From NCBI GenBank assembly GCA_051599415.1, contig AP039691.1:558001-622000 (forward strand): 64,000 bases of DNA, given 5' to 3'. Below are positions 60,501 to 64,000 of the stretch, one piece after another. The position numbers were made by a program, and so were the translations under genes. How positions within the stretch are numbered: position 1 is the stretch's first letter; each line of letters begins with the position of its first letter. The notes under the pieces are model-generated. The model did not search any database. It had not been told where the DNA came from and was given only the letters and a program-made list of their open reading frames with translations. Source of the stretch: Savitreella phatthalungensis (taxonomy: Eukaryota).

Positions 60501-61190
60501 ATTGATGACAGGTTGATGGCACTTCCTTACCCTTTGACAGACCAGAACTCGCTGCATGAAGACAGGAATAGCATCAGACCGCGTGATCCGTGACTTTTGA
60601 CCTGCTGACCACGAAGTGCCTCAACCAAAAGCTTCCACATGTGACATGATCTGGCAGGATAGTTTTTGACAGGTATGTTCCGTCATTCCGTTGACTCATG
60701 GAGAATTGGAGAGTAAAAAGCTGGGGAAGGAGAAAGAGCAAAAATGACATCGATTATCGATATGCACCCCCACCAATCAAGCACAAACTGAAAGTAGCCC
60801 AGCACTCCGTAGTAGTGTATCTAGTGAACGTTCATCGTTTGGCTCAATGCGATTCGCTAGCGTTGATCTGGGTCGAGGTATGGAGTTCGTCGCCTACCAT
60901 GCCGTTGTCTCAGGTGTATACATCGTTCCATGCGTGTTGCGGATCGTCGGCACCACTCTCTAGATCTCTATGGATATGCCGCCTGTTCCGCCTATCGCGT
61001 CAATCCCTGTCGCTCCTGTCGTGTCCGTGTCCTCAATCGGTTGATCTATACGGATCTGCGCAGACATGCCTCGTCGTGCATTTTCATTATCGTCATCATC
61101 ATCAACATCACATGCCGTCGGATGTCCGCACTAACTGCATGTGGGTGTAAGCCGTCACGGGAATATCTTGTCTTGTCACGTGCTGTGCGG

Positions 61191-62534
61191 TCATCCGCCA
61201 TGATTGAAGAAGTATGCACCTGACGGACCTAATTTCGTTGGGGAGCCTGTGAGGGTGCGGAGACCTGCGTCGACTGCGGCGTAGGTGGTGGTGTGGTCGA
61301 TTGCTAGATCGTATACTGGTCCCTTGACTCGCTTTCCCGCGATGAAGACGCTTGTGTCTGCGTCGATGTTGCCGCTCGTGGGGCCAGCAGGCGATCTGAT
61401 GTCAAACAGGCGGACGACACCGTTCACAGCCGTGCCAGCCCACACGGCGTGCCCGCGTCTCGCGAGACTGTAGACGGCAGTCGACTCGTACGCAGCCCGC
61501 ATCTGTAGCACCGGAGTCTCGCTTGCCAGTCGCAGGTCATGTAGACGTACCAAACCGTCGTACCAGCCGGACATGATCAAGTTGTCGTGCGAAGAGAAAG
61601 GGTGGAGGGCGAAGACGCTGCTCAGCTTCGCTCTCGGTGCGTCTACGCGTGTGGACGACTTGGAACTGTTGGCTGTGCCGTATCTGCGGGAAATGACGTA
61701 CCCTGTCGCGGTAGCGGACAGGACTGTCAGGGGCCTGCGTGAGCGTGAACCAAGCGCGAGATGCCGAGTGTCGCCACCGAGGAAGCGCAGCTTCCATGGC
61801 CTGGCTTCTGTCGCGACTCGCTCGGTCACCGCTCCACTCCGCATCATGAAGACGGCCCCTGACTTATCTGCGATCGCCGAGCACTCACATCTGACATCGA
61901 TTGCCTCGATTGGGATATCGCCTGCGTACATTGTCGTGCACTTGGCTCCAAAGAAGTCTGCTTGCCAGTCGTTGACTTTGACGACCTGACCTGAGACGGT
62001 GGCGTAGACGAGCTCGTGGGCGGCGGCATATAGGTCTGTGATATCGCCGACGCCGTGCTTGCCGACCACTCGCTTGTACCACGCGTGGCCTGCGGCGGCC
62101 CGGCCCTGGACGTACAGCTCGTGACCAGCAGAGACGACGAGCATGCCGGTCTCACTCACCAGCCGGATACTCGGCATCGCTGGAAGTTTCCAGTCCAGTA
62201 AAGAGCCCAGCACTGCTTGTCGATGTGCCAGGCCAGCTGCTGCACGCCGGTGGCGCACTAGCGCGATGTGAGAGGAACAGTGCTTTGGGAGCGGATAGAC
62301 GTCTCGGAGACGGTAGTTGTGTAGGTCTGTGGTGCAGGCGGTGATATGACGTCTTGAGAAGTCGCCGACTCTTCGCCTGAGCGTGCATGATGCGGCAGCG
62401 AGTGACAGGAGTGCGATCCCATGGTCGTCAATGCTCGCGAGACAGCACACCTGGTCGAAGATCACGTCAGGCACGACTTCAAGTCGAGCGTGCGGTCGCG
62501 GAGCAAATACCCGCGCACACGGATCCAGGCGCAT
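61191..62534 (-). CDS. F-box-like / WD40-repeat protein with N-terminal PAM2-like motif
   Basis: LDPCARVFAP; LEVVPDVIFDQV...LLSLAAASCTLR (F-box-like); WD repeats SGWYDGLVRLHDLR and AGTAVNGVVRLFDIR; ATG 62534. Confidence 0.75.
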   Translation of the reverse strand: MRLDPCARVFAPRPHARLEVVPDVIFDQVCCLASIDDHGIALLSLAAASCTLRRRVGDFSRRHITACTTDLHNYRLRDVYPLPKHCSSHIALVRHRRAAAGLAHRQAVLGSLLDWKLPAMPSIRLVSETGMLVVSAGHELYVQGRAAAGHAWYKRVVGKHGVGDITDLYAAAHELVYATVSGQVVKVNDWQADFFGAKCTTMYAGDIPIEAIDVRCECSAIADKSGAVFMMRSGAVTERVATEARPWKLRFLGGDTRHLALGSRSRRPLTVLSATATGYVISRRYGTANSSKSSTRVDAPRAKLSSVFALHPFSSHDNLIMSGWYDGLVRLHDLRLASETPVLQMRAAYESTAVYSLARRGHAVWAGTAVNGVVRLFDIRSPAGPTSGNIDADTSVFIAGKRVKGPVYDLAIDHTTTYAAVDAGLRTLTGSPTKLGPSGAYFFNHGG

Positions 62535-62783
62535 GGAGCAGCACGTCGGACGACGTGTCGACGCGCCTGAAGGACCAGACACAGGAGGTCGTGTGCGCAG
62601 ATAAGTTCACTGTCAAGAAACTCTAGGCGTGCATTCGGGCATGATCTTTGCCCATTGAGACGTCATAGTGCTCATATTATCACATGCACATGTATGGATG
62701 CTCGGAAGTGGAAGCAGCTCTACGCAATATTGTACAGGGGAATGCATACGCTACTTCTCTTGTCTTCGACTCTGACTCTGCCC

Positions 62784-64000
62784 CTACTTCTGAGCTACCA
62801 ATCGACGTATCTGCGCGCCTGCGAGCTCGATGTCGTCGGCACGAAGTTCTTGAGGCATGCCGGCGATTCTGGCGATGAGTTGTGCTAGTTCTGTACGGGC
62901 AACTCGCTGATGGAACGTCTGTGTGTGCATGGCGGGGATGGCGGCTACGACGCGTGAGATAAGAGTGCGGTCGACTTGCTTGGAAGAGGTGACAAGCTTG
63001 ACGACGTCGCTGTAGAGTTGTCCGCAAGTCGACCAGCCGCGAACACCCTGCGTGTGGCCGTCGAAGCGAGCTAGCAGTGTGCTGAGCTCATCGAATCGGC
63101 CGGAGATCACGGCCGCTGGACCGATATGCTGGTCAATTGTCCTGTGTGCTTCGTTGTAGAGGCCTGCATCGAGCAGGAGAGACGCAACGCGCGCATGCTG
63201 TCCCTGAGAGCGCGCCTGCAGAGCGGCAGCCTCGAGAACCCATTGCCGAGGCAGGTCTAGTGTGAGCAGTCTCTCCATCTCGACAGGACAACGTGCCAAA
63301 ACTGCCTTGACGCCTGACTCGTTCGCAGTCTTGCTTCCGATACACGATGCGACTGCAAGCGCCTCCAGCCACAATCCGGCATCAGCGAGCTGGGCGGAGA
63401 AGGCTAGAGAGAGCTGATCGTAAGTGAGCTGTGCCGCTGCGTCAAGGCTGCCAGACGTCCTGGCCGCGAGGTAGGTGGCAAGGAGCCAAGGTTGGGTGGC
63501 ATCGAGGAGATTTGCTCCGCCTGCTCGAGGGTCTGCGAGTTCTGCAAGCGATTTGTCGGCCGTACATGCGTGCCGCAAGAGCAGATAGTCGATGTCATGA
63601 ATGCCGAGTTCACCTCTCATCGGAGCGGCACTGCCTGCTGCCCGCTCGTAAAGGTCAAACGCTTCATCAAGTCCGTCGGCAAGGCTGGCGCCGTACCATA
63701 ACTTCAGGCCAAAGCAGCGCCGCCAATCAAGTCCGTTGCAGAGCTGCAGATCTTTGCCTGCAAGGCCGTCTGATGACCTGCCCGTGCCGCGCGAGACGGT
63801 CGTGTTTCCCGAGAGGAGTTCGTAGATCATGCGATAGGAGGTGCCAACGTGAGGGAGGGAGGAGGAATCTGCAAAGTCCGCCAGCTGATCAGCCATGGCG
63901 CCGCGGAAGTCACTGTCACCGCCAGCTTGCGCTAGCAATGTAGCAAGACGAAGATCGCGGTTCTTTAGAGCCAGTGCACACGCCTCGACGATCTGCCCGC
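62784..64000 (-). CDS. NUP145: Nucleoporin Nup96/Nup145C C-terminal part (gene continues beyond the window)
   Basis: Frame open to the window edge: EACALALKNRDLRLATLLAQ, IYELLSGN, LDWRRCFGLKLWY, P.QWV.EAAAL.AR, GW...GQLY.D. Confidence 0.9.
   Translation of the reverse strand, partial: GQIVEACALALKNRDLRLATLLAQAGGDSDFRGAMADQLADFADSSSLPHVGTSYRMIYELLSGNTTVSRGTGRSSDGLAGKDLQLCNGLDWRRCFGLKLWYGASLADGLDEAFDLYERAAGSAAPMRGELGIHDIDYLLLRHACTADKSLAELADPRAGGANLLDATQPWLLATYLAARTSGSLDAAAQLTYDQLSLAFSAQLADAGLWLEALAVASCIGSKTANESGVKAVLARCPVEMERLLTLDLPRQWVLEAAALQARSQGQHARVASLLLDAGLYNEAHRTIDQHIGPAAVISGRFDELSTLLARFDGHTQGVRGWSTCGQLYSDVVKLVTSSKQVDRTLISRVVAAIPAMHTQTFHQRVARTELAQLIARIAGMPQELRADDIELAGAQIRRLVAQK

Noticed and set aside
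60698..61150. 150-aa + strand ORF in the PIR upstream region
   Set aside because: No domain motifs, atypical composition and codon usage compared with the real genes here
1..64000. CRISPR arrays, prokaryotic defence or toxin-antitoxin operons, transposons, rRNA/tRNA/snRNA, TPP riboswitch, stop-codon-readthrough PTS1 extensions
   Set aside because: The sequence is eukaryotic; I saw no repeat-spacer arrays, transposase/RT ORFs, terminal repeats or RNA-gene signatures by eye, and the stop contexts I checked (SDR, 11699) give no PTS1. Covariance-model scans could still reveal small RNAs

Overview
Eukaryotic (fungal) genomic DNA, not prokaryotic. The window is gene-dense and intron-poor: 32 protein-coding genes are supported, and only 4 short GT-AG introns (GTAAGT donors, CTRAC branch points) are needed to build them. 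Gene content (complex I subunit NDUFS6, eIF3h, Tim54, Pex19, Cdc10/Spn2 septin, Moc3-like Zn2Cys6 factor, PIR protein) points to a compact ascomycete genome, by inference a Taphrinomycotina-type yeast. Most genes are housekeeping (Hsp104, Rad52, Ste23/IDE, Tlg1, Nup96, Rsm25, Ice2). No tRNA, rRNA, CRISPR or transposon could be supported. The most notable observations are: (1) a membrane-anchored intradiol-dioxygenase-fold protein that has lost all four iron ligands and gained His/Pro-rich inserts; (2) a zeta-toxin-like P-loop kinase with both a mitochondrial-type presequence and a PTS1; (3) a stand-alone minimal DOT1-like methyltransferase; (4) a PAM2-like + F-box + WD40 protein; (5) CACGTG in 9 of 10 divergent promoters, often near TTTGAA/AATTTG motifs; (6) a strong ~250-350 bp oscillation of G/T versus C/A composition running through a subset of genes. 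All family assignments come from motif recognition by eye; no database searches were run.
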